Assembly (NCBI GenBank): GCA_047495785.1
Contig: JBLDXI010000015.1
Span: 682,001 to 746,000, forward strand
Source of the DNA: Lepidodermella squamata
Lineage: Eukaryota; Animalia; Gastrotricha
Direction of reading: 5' to 3'
DNA length: 64,000 nucleotides
Part shown: piece by piece, positions 36,686 through 50,309 of the stretch
Layout of the letters: each line of letters opens with the position of its first letter
Numbering within the stretch: the first letter of the stretch is position 1
The notes under the pieces: generated by a model
Told to the model about the DNA's origin: nothing
Databases searched by the model: none
The model's input: the letters and a program-made list of their open reading frames with translations, nothing else
Translations under genes and position numbers: made by a program

Positions 36686-37918
36686 GCGCGCATGCGGGCT
36701 TTTTCGGCCCACTTTTATTTTGAACGATTCAAAAATCAGCTTGCGCGAGGCCTAGATCAATGAATTTTAGCGTCTTTACCTAAAATGATGTGTTCTATTC
36801 AAATTTGAAAACCGCATTGCGTCATCACACACTGTTAACAATAGGCGCGCGCGTTTTTGCGTGGTGCGTGACGAAACGCTGTTCCGCACCTGTATTTGAC
36901 TCAAGGAGATCACCCACCGCGCATTATTATAAGAAATTGGTGGGCTTGTTATATGTTATATATCAAAATGCTCCTAGAAACACTGGCTACTCAGTGAGTT
37001 CAACGAATTGTCATGAAATCGCGATTTAACGACCCTAAAGGACATTAAAAGACAAAAATTATGAAAAATTCCAATTTTTCAGCATTTTTACTCGTCAAAT
37101 CGGCGAAATATCGCGGAACTAGCGAGGAAAGTTGTCAAAATGTATTGCCAAGTGTAATTTGGGCAATACCAATAACCTCTAAAACACATAAATTTACCTG
37201 AATTCAGGATTTCGGTATTTCGGAATGATCATTTTAACGCAATTTGACACCCTTTCGACCTCATTATCCCCCACCAGATGAAGATATCTTAATCTTTCTT
37301 TGAATTAAATGTTCGCCTAAGCGATAGCTGGCGTCGCGGACCAGAACTACGCCGATTTGTGAACAGTAGGCAGTGTCAAACGACATTTTTTCGCGACATT
37401 TTGACTATACTCACTTTGCGGCGTCAAAAGGTCACGTATATAAAAGAAAATCATTGTTGGTTTTAACAAAATTGGTTCCTCCATTTCCGAAAACAATAGA
37501 AATGGGAATTTGTAAGACGGCAATAGCCGCGTGCGCTTCGTTATTAGGCGAATTCAAGTGGGCTGAATGGGCCCCGTGCGCGCGGAACGTAACGTACGTC
37601 TCCATATGCGCGCCCAGTGTTAAATTTGGTTCCGCCATAAGTGGGACGCTTTAATTGCAAAGAGGCGCTATAAACAAATTATGCTGTTTTACATCAATGA
37701 TGAATAATATTCAGGTTGTTAAAAAGCGGTAAAACCCCGGTCCACCAGCGCTGGTTCACCGGCTTTCTACCGACTCAGGTTGCTGGAGGGTGATATTGGT
37801 TTCTGTTGGGTCGAGTTTTTTGTTTTTTCGACCTGTTTCCATCACTGTTGTGAGGCAAATTTTGCTGAACAGTGGAACCCCTTCTTGCATAATGGCAGTC
37901 ACGTTCTGCAATAGAATA

Positions 37919-38168
37919 CACGAGAAAAAATCACCCTAATTTGGGTGAGGAAAATCGGACTTTTAGCTTGTGAGTTCCCCTCATTTAGGGCCCTGTGAGT
38001 ATGGATTTCATGGATTTTCAACATTCAGCATTTATCTGAATTCATGCTGAATATCATCCCAATTCATCTACAAACATGCAGCTATATATTTACTGAGCGC
38101 ATGAATTCAGATACCAAAACTAAATTCATGCTTTCGGTAGATAAATTAGGGTGATTTTTTTCTGGTGT
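37919..38168. mobile_element. MITE-like element
   Basis: cacgagaaaaaatcaccctaattt / aaattagggtgattttttctctggtg inverted termini. Confidence 0.65.
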
Positions 38169-39359
38169 GCGGTAACATTATTTCAGTGTTTTTTTAAGGA
38201 AAAGTTCGGTGTTTACCCAAAACAGTTCGGTGTTTACACCTATCCGCCTTATATTTACCGGAATTTTTCGGTATAAAATTGCGGGAAATGTATACTGAAA
38301 ACAGCATTGCCTTCTATCTATTCTATTCAGCGGCTGAAATTGTGGGATAACAAAATCCAGAACTTGCGAGCTTAAATTTCGATTTTATGCTGGAATTTGT
38401 GCTGAGAATAGCCTAAAATTGCTTTAAAATAACGAAGATATTTCAAAATAAGTTAATGAAAACATTGCAGTTCACACTTCATGCATGGTGGTACTCCTCA
38501 GGAATGATTGCTCAGTAATCTTCAAATTCGAAAAATTCCTTACCAATTTGAAGTAGTGGTGTAGTACCAACTGTGTGAGGCGAAGACCACAGTCAAAGAC
38601 GCGGGAAACGAATCCACTAATGTAGTGAACACATGTGTGGGCGAAGCGAGCAGAAAAATGTAGCATTTTACAGGCATTTTAGGATAATTTTAACGTTGAA
38701 AATGCAGGAGATGAGAGAGTTAGCAAGTTTCCAGACCAAGGTGCTTTACAGGCACGGGCAGGTTTTGGATTTCGGTGTTTACATCGCCTATTTCTGGTGT
38801 TTACATTGTAAAGCCTGTAAACCCCTTAAAAACACTGATTATTTATAATATATTTCCTTAGTTGTAATTTTAGTCAGCGGGCGGATTTTTGGTCGGAGGC
38901 CGCGCGCATCAAAATTCCTAATTTTTCAGGAGAAGCAAAAAAACAAAAAACACAAATCGCGCATGAAATCACAGAAAAAGTCAGCATCTCGCGCACAATA
39001 CTTGCTGATTCGTAGCTTCAAGCGAACCTTCTATTTATGAATAACTAGTGTAACTTGACTTGTAAATTCCGAATTTTAATGAAAAATTGGCGTATGAACC
39101 ACGTATCATCTTCAAACTAGCCATTTTTTGCGTTGCACTGACTGTTAAATTTCCCTCCTTTTCTACCTTTAATCTGAATTCATTTTAGCTTTATTAGTCC
39201 TTCCGACCAATGCGCTGCGTTTGAGTCTCAACCAACCCCAAAAGGCACGTCAAAATTGTAGCGATAGCTATAAAGCTACACACTGCAAACTGCAAACGCA
39301 ATTTCTCTCAAAATCTCAACGCCCGCTCGAACGTGCTGTTCTTAGCAATTAAAGCACCG

Positions 39360-39475
39360 CAGGGCGTTCGCGTAATAATACTCTAGGCGAGCTAAAAATA
39401 GCTAAAATAAAGCTAAAATGCATGCAAAAAGTAGCAAAGCTATTTTTAGAATAGTATTATTACGCAAACGCCCTG
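39360..39475. mobile_element. small MITE/hairpin
   Basis: cagggcgttcgcgtaataatact / agtattattacgcaaacgccctg. Confidence 0.7.
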
Positions 39476-40065
39476 TAGTTCTACGCAATATTAATGGCCG
39501 AGAAAGACGGTCGACTGTGATTTCATTAAGATTTCTGCGTTAGCACTTCGACAGCGTCGTCTCAATGCCTAATTATTGCCAGCCTGGTAATAGAGGTTTT
39601 GAGCGAAATTTTTGACATTTTCGTCACCGCTCATTACAATTTTGCGCCCTAACTTAACCGCTGTATACTAACCGAACTCCTAGATTCAAAGAGTGGTCAG
39701 AATAACCGAATAAGGAATGAAATCAGAGATCACATAGATCAATCGCAAACAAATTTTGCGCGATGATTTTGTCTTCGGCGAAAATTCAAGTTTTGGCATT
39801 TCAGCAGAGACATACATTAAATAATTTTCACTTAACCTGACGCTGCGAGAATCTGTGCCTTGATATATTTTGCAGGACCATTGAATCCTATAGCCCTTAG
39901 GTGCCTTTCAAAATAGGGGTGAAATGCGTTTCTGCTTGCTACCAAGTCCCATTTAATTCTAGTCTCTCAACTTAATCCTAGCGCACCATGCGTTCTTTCC
40001 CTAGTTCGAGGGACATCTAGTTTCCAGAAAATTGAGAGGATTTACGATAAAAGGTCGAGGAAAAA

Positions 40066-40699
40066 TGGTGCTTTCACAAATGCGTCCGACGAGCGTCCGA
40101 CGTTTTCGGCGCCCGAATAGGCGACCGAAGTAGCGTAATAGTTGTCCGACGTATAGATTTTCTTTCACAAACGCGCGCACTTCGGCCCGCGCGCCCGAAG
40201 TTTAAACAATAGCGCGTCCGACGCGGCGCGCGCACGCACAACAAAGAACGTCGGATCGGAGGCCCCCAAAACTACCGTCCGAAGAGCGTCCGAACTCGTT
40301 GCTCTCATCTCGTTTTGCTCTTATATCATTGCTCATATCTCATTGCTCTTATTTTGCTTGCTCTTTTCGCACACAACCAATTTTTCGATGAAATTAAGAT
40401 TTTTATTTTTTATGATCCGCATCGCATTTCACGTCTCATTATTTAGTTAAATGCAGGATTTACGCTGAAATGGAAAATTTTTGCCTGACCCCGGTAGCCT
40501 GCCACTCGCGTGCACGCGCGCTCAAGTGCGTGACAATGAGCAACTTCGGCGGCCAAACAATAGAGACTTCGGGCGCCCGACCGCGCGCGCGCCTCCGAAG
40601 TGCCACTGATAACGCTCTCCGACGTTTCGCTTCACTCTACCGAAGTTTGCGAGTTGCTAGCCGACGTTTTCACCGTCGGACGCATTTGTAAAAGCACCA
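40066..40699. mobile_element. PIF/Harbinger-like MITE
   Basis: TIR tggtgctttcacaaatgcgtccgacg / cgtcggacgcatttgtaaaagcacca, aaa/taa flanks; internal ccgacg/ccgaag repeats. Superfamily call is tentative. Confidence 0.75.
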
Positions 40700-43357
40700 T
40701 AAGCCTCATGATACATGATCGGTGGGAAAGAAAGATGAAAACAACTAAAAAACGCCCATTTCATTGCGCGAATTTTTGATCGCACGCATTCGACGCAATG
40801 ACGTCAAAGGTCAAGTTTGGAATTTATTTGCGGTTTTTGTGTCTAAAAAAACTACAAGCAACAAGCTTCAAAATGAATATGGGGTTCTCGCGCGAAAAAC
40901 GCAATGGGAAAAATTTTTATGCGCACCTCGCAAAAGTGCACACAAGGTGACAAGTGTGTACATTTGACATTTTTGATGCCTTCATAATAATAGCTTATAT
41001 CGTCAAAAGTACGCATCGGGGATGAAAACGGATTGCACCATGAGATTCCTCATGAAAAACTGCATTAGAAAATGATGATGATGAAAACTCATTTTCGACA
41101 AATCAAACCTATCCAACCTTCTTTGCACTCTGGCGAAAATTTTACAGAAGTGCGTAACCCACGGTTTTCACTTGTGGCGGCTCAAATGTTTTTAACTGGG
41201 TGAATTTCAGAATTTTGAAGTAAGTATAGTTTCTGATTTCTGCATATTTCAACGCTTAGTTGTTCACTTGAGTGTCTCCTTAATAGATTCGAATAATAAT
41301 TTAAAATTTGAATATTTTTACAGCGAACATTCATAAACTGCTGCATAGCTTTGGCTGCCGCTGGCGGAACACTGGGCTATTCAACAGCAACGACGTATAG
41401 CTTCGCAATGGACAGATGCACGTAGACGCCCTGAAAGCATTAGCCACAGGCTACAGCCTGCCTTCATTTTGTGAACCATTTGCAAGGCCTTGTGAATATC
41501 TGCGTGAAAAAGCTGTTTCAATTTTATGGAATTACTTGGCGTTGAGTTAATTCGCTGATTTGTTATAAAAATAATCTGGCTTGGATGCATTATTCCTTAT
41601 AAAACAGATTTTTTCGAGGTCATCGGAACCTTAGTGGTCTCGCTATGGTTTCCTCGGAGCGCTGGGCACCTCACTGATACATTCCTGAAAGCAATCATTC
41701 AGACGACGTTTGACGATGGTGAGATTGCTGCTATGATGGAGCTATAGAATATAAAGAGAGAGGATGAGAGATAGAGATAGCTGAAATTAAACATTGAGTA
41801 AACGAGACGATTCGGCATACAAGCAGAGCCTGATTATGCAGCAATAAGAAACGTTTTTATCAAATAGTGAGGTTCGGCGTCATTCTTCCTTCTCCCCCGT
41901 CTTCTTTCTCAACCATTTCCCGAACTCCTCACCGGCTATAATATGATTTTTTGGCAGATGACTTTTCGAAGTGACTTATTTTGCTTTATTCAAGTGCATT
42001 TAACAGCGGTGCATCCAGTTTTCTTTTTAGTATGACAATCCTGCCGGTCTCCAGGGGGGCAGTTACCGTTTCAAGCTTCAAAATTTGCATCGACCGGCCG
42101 AATAACTCAGCAGTTTTTTGTAGACAGTAAATAACATCACTGCAATTTGTAATAAAGCGGGCAATTATCTTTACGATATGCTGACGCTCATTAACAGCTG
42201 CAGGCGCGTTGAGGTACTTAAAAGTTACCTGTAGCTACCTGTCGATTGCGTCAAATCTAGTCATTATCCGACCAGGCTGGCCATTATAGCTTCTCCATTA
42301 CAACATTACAAGTGCGTCGGCCTTATGTTGAATTTCACGTTAGCAATTTGTAAACAAATTTTGAACATGAAATTCGTTGTAGCTTTGAATGCTTTTACAC
42401 TAATTACAAATGCAATGCATGAGCATCGTATGATGATACTGAACTTAATGACCGTATAATGAAGCCATTTTGAGGATAATTGCCCGGTGGATCATAAATT
42501 ATAATGATGTTATTACATTTTACACAAAATTCGCCCGAGTTTGTCTGCCGGTCGAAGAAATTCTGGGTGCACCTAGCTTTCACCCTTTACCAGGGCTTTG
42601 TACCTATCCTATCCTTGTGAACTCGATGAAGCTGACGCCACGTACCGTCAGACCCTCTTCAGATTAGCCCTCTTGTGGACGTACTCCGACTATTTATATA
42701 AATGCGCCAAAATTAACTGAATTTAAAGCTGATGAACAGATAGAAAGCAAGCATTGAAAACTTGATGAGAATGCAGCAAAGATTCAATCGAACAATGAGT
42801 TGGGGACCGGCGATTTTCAGACCCCCGGAGAAAAATCCTGAGCCAATCCCCCGGGACCCTTATGCCCCAAGGCCCCTCCTGCTTTCTGGCTAGCGAAAAT
42901 ATTCAACGAGGGGCCCTTTTTATTTGCGGAATCACCAGTAATAATTAATTAATCGGTCGATTTTGAAGCTCCTGGACCAACATTCTGAAAAAATGAGCTT
43001 GCTCCGCTCGCACTTAGTCCACTCGACCAGTATTGTTAAGACTTCTGTGACCGAAACTTGCAAATCTCAGCTGCATTGTGTTCAGCATTGGCATCAAGTG
43101 GTTAGATGTGAAGAATGGTACTTTTTTATGTTGACAACAGATTTTCACGAGACGCGCCTTTATTCATATTTTCAATTGCGTTCAATTCATATCTAAGGCA
43201 AAAGACAAACGATAATCGAATAAACTGGTGGCATGTTGCAAATTCGATTAGGCACAGTTTCCACCGATCCGCGATCTTATCTAATCGCAACAGATTGCCT
43301 GAGAAACGTGATACTGCTGTGATCATGGGCATATATAGTAATTTGATTTTTGTCATT

Positions 43358-44245
43358 TTAGTTTGTGCAGTATTCAATATTCATGTTGTACAACGACGAA
43401 GTGCCCATTGTGTTGATTTTGGTCGTGGCCCAATCTATGTACAGAGCTACGCAGCAGGCACGGAAAGAAGCGAACGCGAATGTACCTATCGCTGTTTTAC
43501 CCTGGTGTAAAAACAAGGAGAAGTGATATAATGCAATAACAATTAATTACGAACCCCAACTGAAGCTGAAAGCGCGACGGTATAAGTTGTCGTCGAAGCC
43601 GCCGCATTCTCGCATGTGTGCGGAAAGTTGAAACACCTGACGTTGGTATTTGGTACGGTGTCGGTGTTGGAGCAAGTTTTGTATGGTGTCGTATCGGCTC
43701 CGAGAATGCACATAGTTTGCGCCGTCGGCAGTGTTGGCACGACTTGGTAGAAAACGTTAGTTGTCGCACCAACTCCACCGCAACAAGCACCGAACGAGTC
43801 GTAGGTCGCAGCAGGAGACGCGGGCTGGAAGAGAATGATTTTGAGTTTGATGATGAATTTCAGCCGGTAAATCGATAGCTCAAAGTGAATGTGATATCAA
43901 TAAAAGATGATTTTATGACTCACAGTAGCACCGCCAATCGCAGCACAATTAGCTCCAGGGGTTGAAAGGCAAAACTTCATAGCTTGGGAAACGGGCGCTG
44001 GCGAGGTGACGGTGCATAGTGTAAATTGGCCCTAATAGTTTAAAATAACTGATAAGTTCATAATTTTTATCAGCAGGCGTTACAGTTTGATCGCAAAACT
44101 GCGCGTTTGTGCAGCCAGCTTCAGCACACGTAAGCCCCGAGGAGCATGTCGCGGATGGGCACGGCGTCGAGGCAACAGTCGACGGCGGGCAGGCATCGAC
44201 CGCCACAGCGAGAACAGCTAGCAGGGTGGCTAGAATAGCAGTCAT
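43358..44245 (-). CDS. 18-Cys secreted family, paralogue A2 (227 aa; exons 44245-44084, 44031-43924, 43824-43555, 43501-43358)
   Basis: Closest to A1 (CPPSTVASTPCPS, SPAPVSQAMK.CLS, GADTTPYK.C, FPHTC, SFRACC); open spliced frame. Confidence 0.88.
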
Positions 44246-44743
44246 ATTCGCAGGATATCCACCGAGCTTTTTGAGGATAAATCGTGGCGCGGTAGCGTTT
44301 GGCTGCCTTATATTACCAGAGCTCGCGTCTGTTTGACCCCAAGCGTCGTGGCGATATCACTTCAAGCTGAGATATAGTTCTTCCAGCAAAAGAAAATTAA
44401 AATTTTCATGAACGTAAAAAATTACCGTAAACACTTAGATGCATCCTAATTTAATAATATTATTCTAATTGAATTTTTTAATTTTAAATTCACGATATGA
44501 GAGTATTGAAACGAAATCACGAGGCTCTCAGAAATTGAATCCTCGGAGCTGAGTCAGAATTTGAGGTAATATTCGGCTTTCGAGTACGTTGTTACGACTT
44601 GTTTACATTTTCCAGAGGTTCCGAGCTTGAAATCTAAGGCTTAACATTAATCCAGTTCTGTCAGACACGATGCGTGCCGTAAAAGAGAGCCGCAGTCTAT
44701 CGGCCTAAATTTCACCTTTTTGGCGCATTTCGTAGCAATAACC

Positions 44744-45573
44744 ATGCAAGCTGCCGTTTTCCTGCTGGCCGTGGTTTTGATCGCCGACCTAACCCAAGCC
44801 TGTCCGCCGTCGACGACCTCCTCGGCAACTTCTTGCCCTTCAGTTGTAACATGCCCATCTGGAACCTCATGCCAACAGGTCGCTTGCCCTAGATCGGGCT
44901 ACGCTTGTTCGACCAAGGTAGGAAATTGCATACCATACCATACCATACCATACATTGTAATGTGTTGTGCTGATATTTCTCAGGGTCAATTCGCTCAATG
45001 CTCGGTTAGCACCAATATAATTGCAATTCCAGCCACTTTCTGCCTTTCAACCGGCACGTGCTCAGGAATTACGGGCGCAACTGTAGGTTTCGAGGTGAAT
45101 TTGCTGAATGTCGCTAAACTGTATAGTAAATAGGCGACCGGAACAACTGCGAACTCGTTCCTCAGCTGTTGTTCGGGCTTGAGCCCCATAACATCAAACA
45201 TCCAGTACGTCCAACTGACGGTCAGCAGCTCTCCCGTCACAATGTGTGTCGTCACGAATGACGCAACAATGTACAGAATGTGCAACACTCCGAGTGCCGT
45301 TGTTATGGCAGGCGCGTCGTGCGTTCGCTTCCCCAGTTCGTGCGAAACCGGCAAGGTGCAAATGACTGGGCCATCAATAGTGAGTTGAAAATAAGTCATA
45401 CAGTAGCATTACTTACTGGCATTTGCATTTTACAGCAAGGCGTGACTGTTTTTGCCTACGCTAGTTTCCGTCAATGTTGCAGTGCAATTAAAGGAGTGAG
45501 TACAGCGTCCAAATTCTCATCAGCCGACATTCTCGGAGTTACGGTAGACTCATGCGTCGGGGTGCAATCGTGA
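44744..45573 (+). CDS. 18-Cys secreted family, paralogue B2 (218 aa; exons 44744-44917, 44984-45082, 45134-45379, 45436-45573)
   Basis: Closest to B1 (IPATFCLSTGTCS, SPITSNIQY, GASCVRFPSSCETGKVQ); open spliced frame. Confidence 0.88.
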
Positions 45574-46347
45574 TGAGCGGATTAATTATGACTAACAGAA
45601 ATTCGCAAAATTGATGAACAGCCCGAGTTACTGCGCTGTTTTAGATTATGAAACATTATTTCCAGGATAAATAAAAAGCTTCTCTGTTGCTTCCATTGTT
45701 TTTGTGGCCACTAATAAAAACAACAATCCTCCGTTTCACAACTTCCTTTGTAATGTTATTGAGCCGTTAATTTTTTCATCTTCTCACTTTCAACAGTCAC
45801 GTTCAAAACAAAACAGTCAATTCAAAGCGTTTCTATTTGAATTTAACTCTCAACACATCTGGTGGAAAATCAAGTTCAGAGTCCTGAATATTATGCTGTA
45901 TTCTCTTATTGTAAACTATTGTATTAACCATTAACAGGGCTTTGTTAGTGCAAAGCAATCCGCCAGTACTATTGTCACCTGGAATTTCTAATAATCGTAA
46001 TTTTGCCTACTTATTTCGGTCTAAACCTTGCCTTTTATAGTGTTTGGTCATTGATAGCAATTCAAAATTTGCAATAGAGATTAGGGCAACGTTAAGAGTC
46101 TCTAGAGCCAGTGATTGTATTGACCGCAATTGACCTCCTTTTGTTCTTGGTCTACAAATATGATGTCTGAGAGATAAGCTATGGTACCGATTAGGTTTAT
46201 TGGGTTCACTCTGCGTCAAGCGGATTGTAGACTTTTTCCATGTCATCTCTCGTTTATTAATGCTACAATTATTTAATCGAAAAACAGCAGCGTATCTGGT
46301 AACATGATGGGGATTATGTAGCGTTTAGCTCCATTCGAAAGTGTGAA

Positions 46348-47211
46348 TTAAGCTTTCTGTGAACACAGCTCAAAAGTTTTTGAATTAAGCGTATATGAAC
46401 CGTAATTGCCCGCTGCCGTTGGCTGCATTATAGCAGCGCAACATTGCTGGTAGGTAGCAAACTGGTAAGCCGCCGGGCTTGGGGCAACATTCTGAAATAT
46501 CCGATGAGAATAAATTCACTGGTAAGTAACGTACAGTCAAACTTACGGTCGTTGTAAGCTGGGATCCCGCGCTAGGCCCATAGGTGACACAAGACAACGG
46601 TAGGCGAGCACAAGACCCCCATTTCTTAATGAGCGATTCATCGCTGTAAGCGCACACCTTGTAGGGCAGGGAGTCGCTGGTGCCATAGCAAATAGTTGCG
46701 GGCGCGTTTCGATACGCCACATTCGGCGACTGTTCATAGACGACAGTCGACCCAGTAGCAGCGCAACAGGAAGCGAAGTCGTTGAACGTCTGCAAAGGGC
46801 TAACAGTCTGCCAAAAAAATCCTTACTTGTGCATTAAGGCCTAGCAAATTTTTACTCACGTAGGCGCTAGTCCCGAAATCGGTGATGTCGCAAGACTGGC
46901 CAGCGTTGCTATAGCATAGGTTGACAAGCTGATTCAAATTAGTTTTCAGCTGGCACATTGTGAATTGTTTCTTCAAAAGAATACAGTCGACTCAGATCAA
47001 AATGGAGCGTTAGAAGCTAACTCACCGCTACGGCGCAAGCTGTGCCAGAGGTACAAACCGTAGCACCGCAAGACACGCCGGATGGGCATGGAGCTGCTGT
47101 GGGGCAGGGCGTCGCATCTGAAGAGGAGCCTGAGGCTGTGCTTGAGGCGGGGCAGGCGACTGCAGCTCCGATTAGGGTGACTAATAGCGCAACTGTTGAC
47201 AGTACAGCCAT
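46348..47211 (-). CDS. 18-Cys secreted family, paralogue C2 (4 exons)
   Basis: Closest to C1 (TFNDFASCCAATGSTV, DSLPYKVC, GSCARLP, AAYQFATYQQCCAAI); ends FELCSQKA*. Confidence 0.85.
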
Positions 47212-47636
47212 TTACTGTAAATTACATAAAATAACATGAATTTATTCTACTCTACTATTTTATCAGGCTAAAGCATTCTGTCTGAACTTTTTCTAAAGAG
47301 TCGTAGAAACATCAAAGACAACAAATTATAATCAGTGTGCGAAAAAACTGTAATAAATATAACGGTTGTATGATTGCCTCGCTGAGCTCAGATCTTACCT
47401 TTTCTAATTAGAAGAGTAATTAAAACTTTATTTTTAATTTATTTCCTTAGTGAAGTTATCACGCTGATACGGTGACTCCTGTGTTGTTAGTTCAATGTAT
47501 GGATCTGACAATACATGATCTAAGGGCGAAAAAACATCAGCATTAGGAGTGAAAGTCGGACATGCCATCGTTCGGTTCATTAAACTGGTTGACCTGCAGT
47601 AGTTCGCGTATTTTCTTTCACCAGTTAGCTTGAGAA

Positions 47637-48489
47637 ATGCGTGCGATTTTGTCAGCTCTCCTCGTCTCCTACGTAGCTGCCTGCCCCCCGTCAACGACGT
47701 CAACGCCCTGCCCAACAGGTAGATTTTACGTGCTTCTATAATTTTCCCTAATTATTCTCCGCAGCGACATGCCCGACTGGCCAGGTCTGCGGTGGTACAT
47801 CGTGCCCTACTAATCAATATTGCGGCGCGACGGTGGGCTAATATCTGAATTTTCGCGAATTATCAAGCCACTTCCGTTACAGGGCACTTATTCTCTATGT
47901 CAACTTGCAGTAACCAGCGGCCAAGTCACGTTTTGCCTGAATAGGCCTGGTGCATCGTGCGCTTTGCTAACAGGAGGAGCGGTAGGCTTTTTGCTCAGCT
48001 ATCGCTGTCAATGATTGATTGCTTGCAGACGTTGGTCGGATCGACGACTTACGCGACGTTTGACATGTGCTGTTCGGCACCTGCGAGTCCTACAATATAC
48101 TACGAAGTGCTGCCTCTGAATCCACCAGTTCAGATCTGCATCAATACGCCCGATGCATCAGCCAACACTGGCTACAAAACCTGCGCGACGACTTCGACGA
48201 CTGGCAACGGCGTGTGTTATCGCTTTCCGTGGACATGCGACTCGACAGCTAAAGTGTTCGCCACTCAAACGGTATTAAGTCAGACTTGAAGATTCCTCAG
48301 CACAATGATCATTCTTGTTTTTCAAACTTTTTGCTAAAGAGCCCGGTTACTCTGCTAGGTGGTGGCAACGGCATTTATGCCACCTTCCGAGAATGCTGTG
48401 CAGCTTTGAGTGCTGCAACAGCGAAGTTATCTTTCACAACAACAACGATGTATGGCTATTCTATGGAGAAATGCGCACAGAACGCATAA
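47637..48489 (+). CDS. 18-Cys secreted family, paralogue D2 (5 exons)
   Basis: MRAILSALLVSYVAA|CPPST; closest to D1 (FCLNRPGASC, GNGVCYRFPWTCDSTAKVF, TMYGYSMEKC). Confidence 0.87.
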
Positions 48490-48629
48490 ACAACGCGTTA
48501 TTACTGGTGCATCCCGAATAAACACTCACTTGGCGAAAGTTATCGACCCTGAATCTACGATAATTACATTGCTAAGAAGTTATTGCCAGTTATGACTACT
48601 CTGCGAAAAATTAAAGTATGGTGTCAAAT

Positions 48630-48847
48630 CAGTGTGCGACTTTCAGGGGTCATCCTCCAGCTCTCGGCCGGGCCAGAAACAAAATGAGAATTTATCCCAC
48701 TGTTTCGTTGATTTTGAGAGGTTTTAGAGCGTGTTTCAGTGGAAACTCTTCGAAATGTTCTCGCTTCGCTCGCTCTTTGGTTGAAATGACTAATAGCCAC
48801 TCTGGCGAAAAGAGGATACAAAATCCGGGATCCAAGATTCGCCTCTG
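48630..48847. mobile_element. second, more decayed copy of the 23035-23280 MITE
   Basis: Shares cagtgtgcgactttcagggg, tgagaatttatcccactgttt and tctcgcttcgctcg; TSD not evident. Confidence 0.8.
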
Positions 48848-49537
48848 CCAAGAGACCATCAGAGAGTTGAGAAAGTTAACTGGCCACGAAATCTAGCATG
48901 GATTCACATTAACTATTCAAAATCATCTGACTAAATCAAAATTAGGTGTATGGCTGTATATGCGGAAAAAATTGTTACTTGAATCAAATCTCAATAACAG
49001 CAGCATCGCTGTTATGGTTTCAAATTTGCAAGGAGTTGAAGAAATAATGTAGATGCAGAGCACGAATTCTGAAATCTGAATGATGCTAAAACTTGCAGAA
49101 AAACGAGGTGAAGCACAACTTAACAGTTTGTTTACCACAGCTTTGTTAGCCGTTTACCGGGTTTTCCCTCAATTTATGTTTACCATTTTTTGCCAAATTT
49201 TTTTCTTTTTTTTTGCCGTGTAAGCCTCGAATAATGTTTTATCACGTATCACCGACCTTTTCCCAAATGAGCAGCATGTAGCAACAAAATAAAAAATGAA
49301 ACTTGGAAACTTGGTTTTGAAAAACTGAAAACTCAACACCTCACCAAAATCAGCTAATAATCGGCATAGGTAAACGGAGCCAACATAATGGAAAAAAGAA
49401 AGACAGTGTGGCCGCTCTTTACCCGATAAAATACAGTGCACCTTGTTTATAATAAAACAAACCGCGGTGTTATAGCCATCTTCCATAATACATAGCGAAC
49501 GAAAATGAGTGGCACGAATCAATTCTATGCACTTTAA

Positions 49538-50121
49538 CACTCTAAAGCCGGCAGCTACTTAGTTTATACAACTTGAGTATACTCAAATGGAAAAAATCTT
49601 GTATCTTGAGAATGATGAGCAGCTACCCGACCAAACTGTTCATGAATGGTCTCTTCATCCATCTGAGACCTTATGTCAAATGAACTGACCGTATTACGCA
49701 ATCCTCTGTTGCTTAACACCTGTTCAAATCTGATCATTGCCAATTTCGATCAAAAGTGCCATTTTTCATCATAAAACAAGCAAAAAACCTATATTTTCGG
49801 CCAATTCATGAGGGACGTCAATAGAAACCTGTATTGGCACTAGTTTAAACATTTTAAACCAAACTGAGTAGATTTTGCTGGCACCCATCGAGTCAAATGG
49901 CTTAAATTCCTGATTGAGTATATACATGAAGCATCCGACCGTGCGCTCACCTGTGTTACGTAATTGACGCGGCGAGTATGCGGTTTTCGGAATTGGGGAG
50001 CCCAGATGGCTATCTAAAACCGTGCCAAACCATTAGTCCGACAAAATTCGGAAAGTATGAGAATTAAAGGTGAGAAGTCGTAGTTTGAGTATACACTATA
50101 CACGTTCCCGGTCTTAGAGGG
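49538..50121. mobile_element. piggyBac-like non-autonomous element
   Basis: TTAA-cactctaaagccgg ... ccggtcttagaggg-TTAA. Confidence 0.65.
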
Positions 50122-50309
50122 TTAACATGTTGCTCTATACATCTATAGATATCGTCGTTGGAGTAGTATCTCCATCCATAATAGGGATGAGAATGAGATA
50201 AACACCCGAGTCGGGTAAAATCCGCCAGGGATTAAAAAAAATCATATCCTCCTTCGCGATGTTATCCTAGACTTTCGAAATGGTTCGAAATATACGATTT
50301 TTTCCGCAC

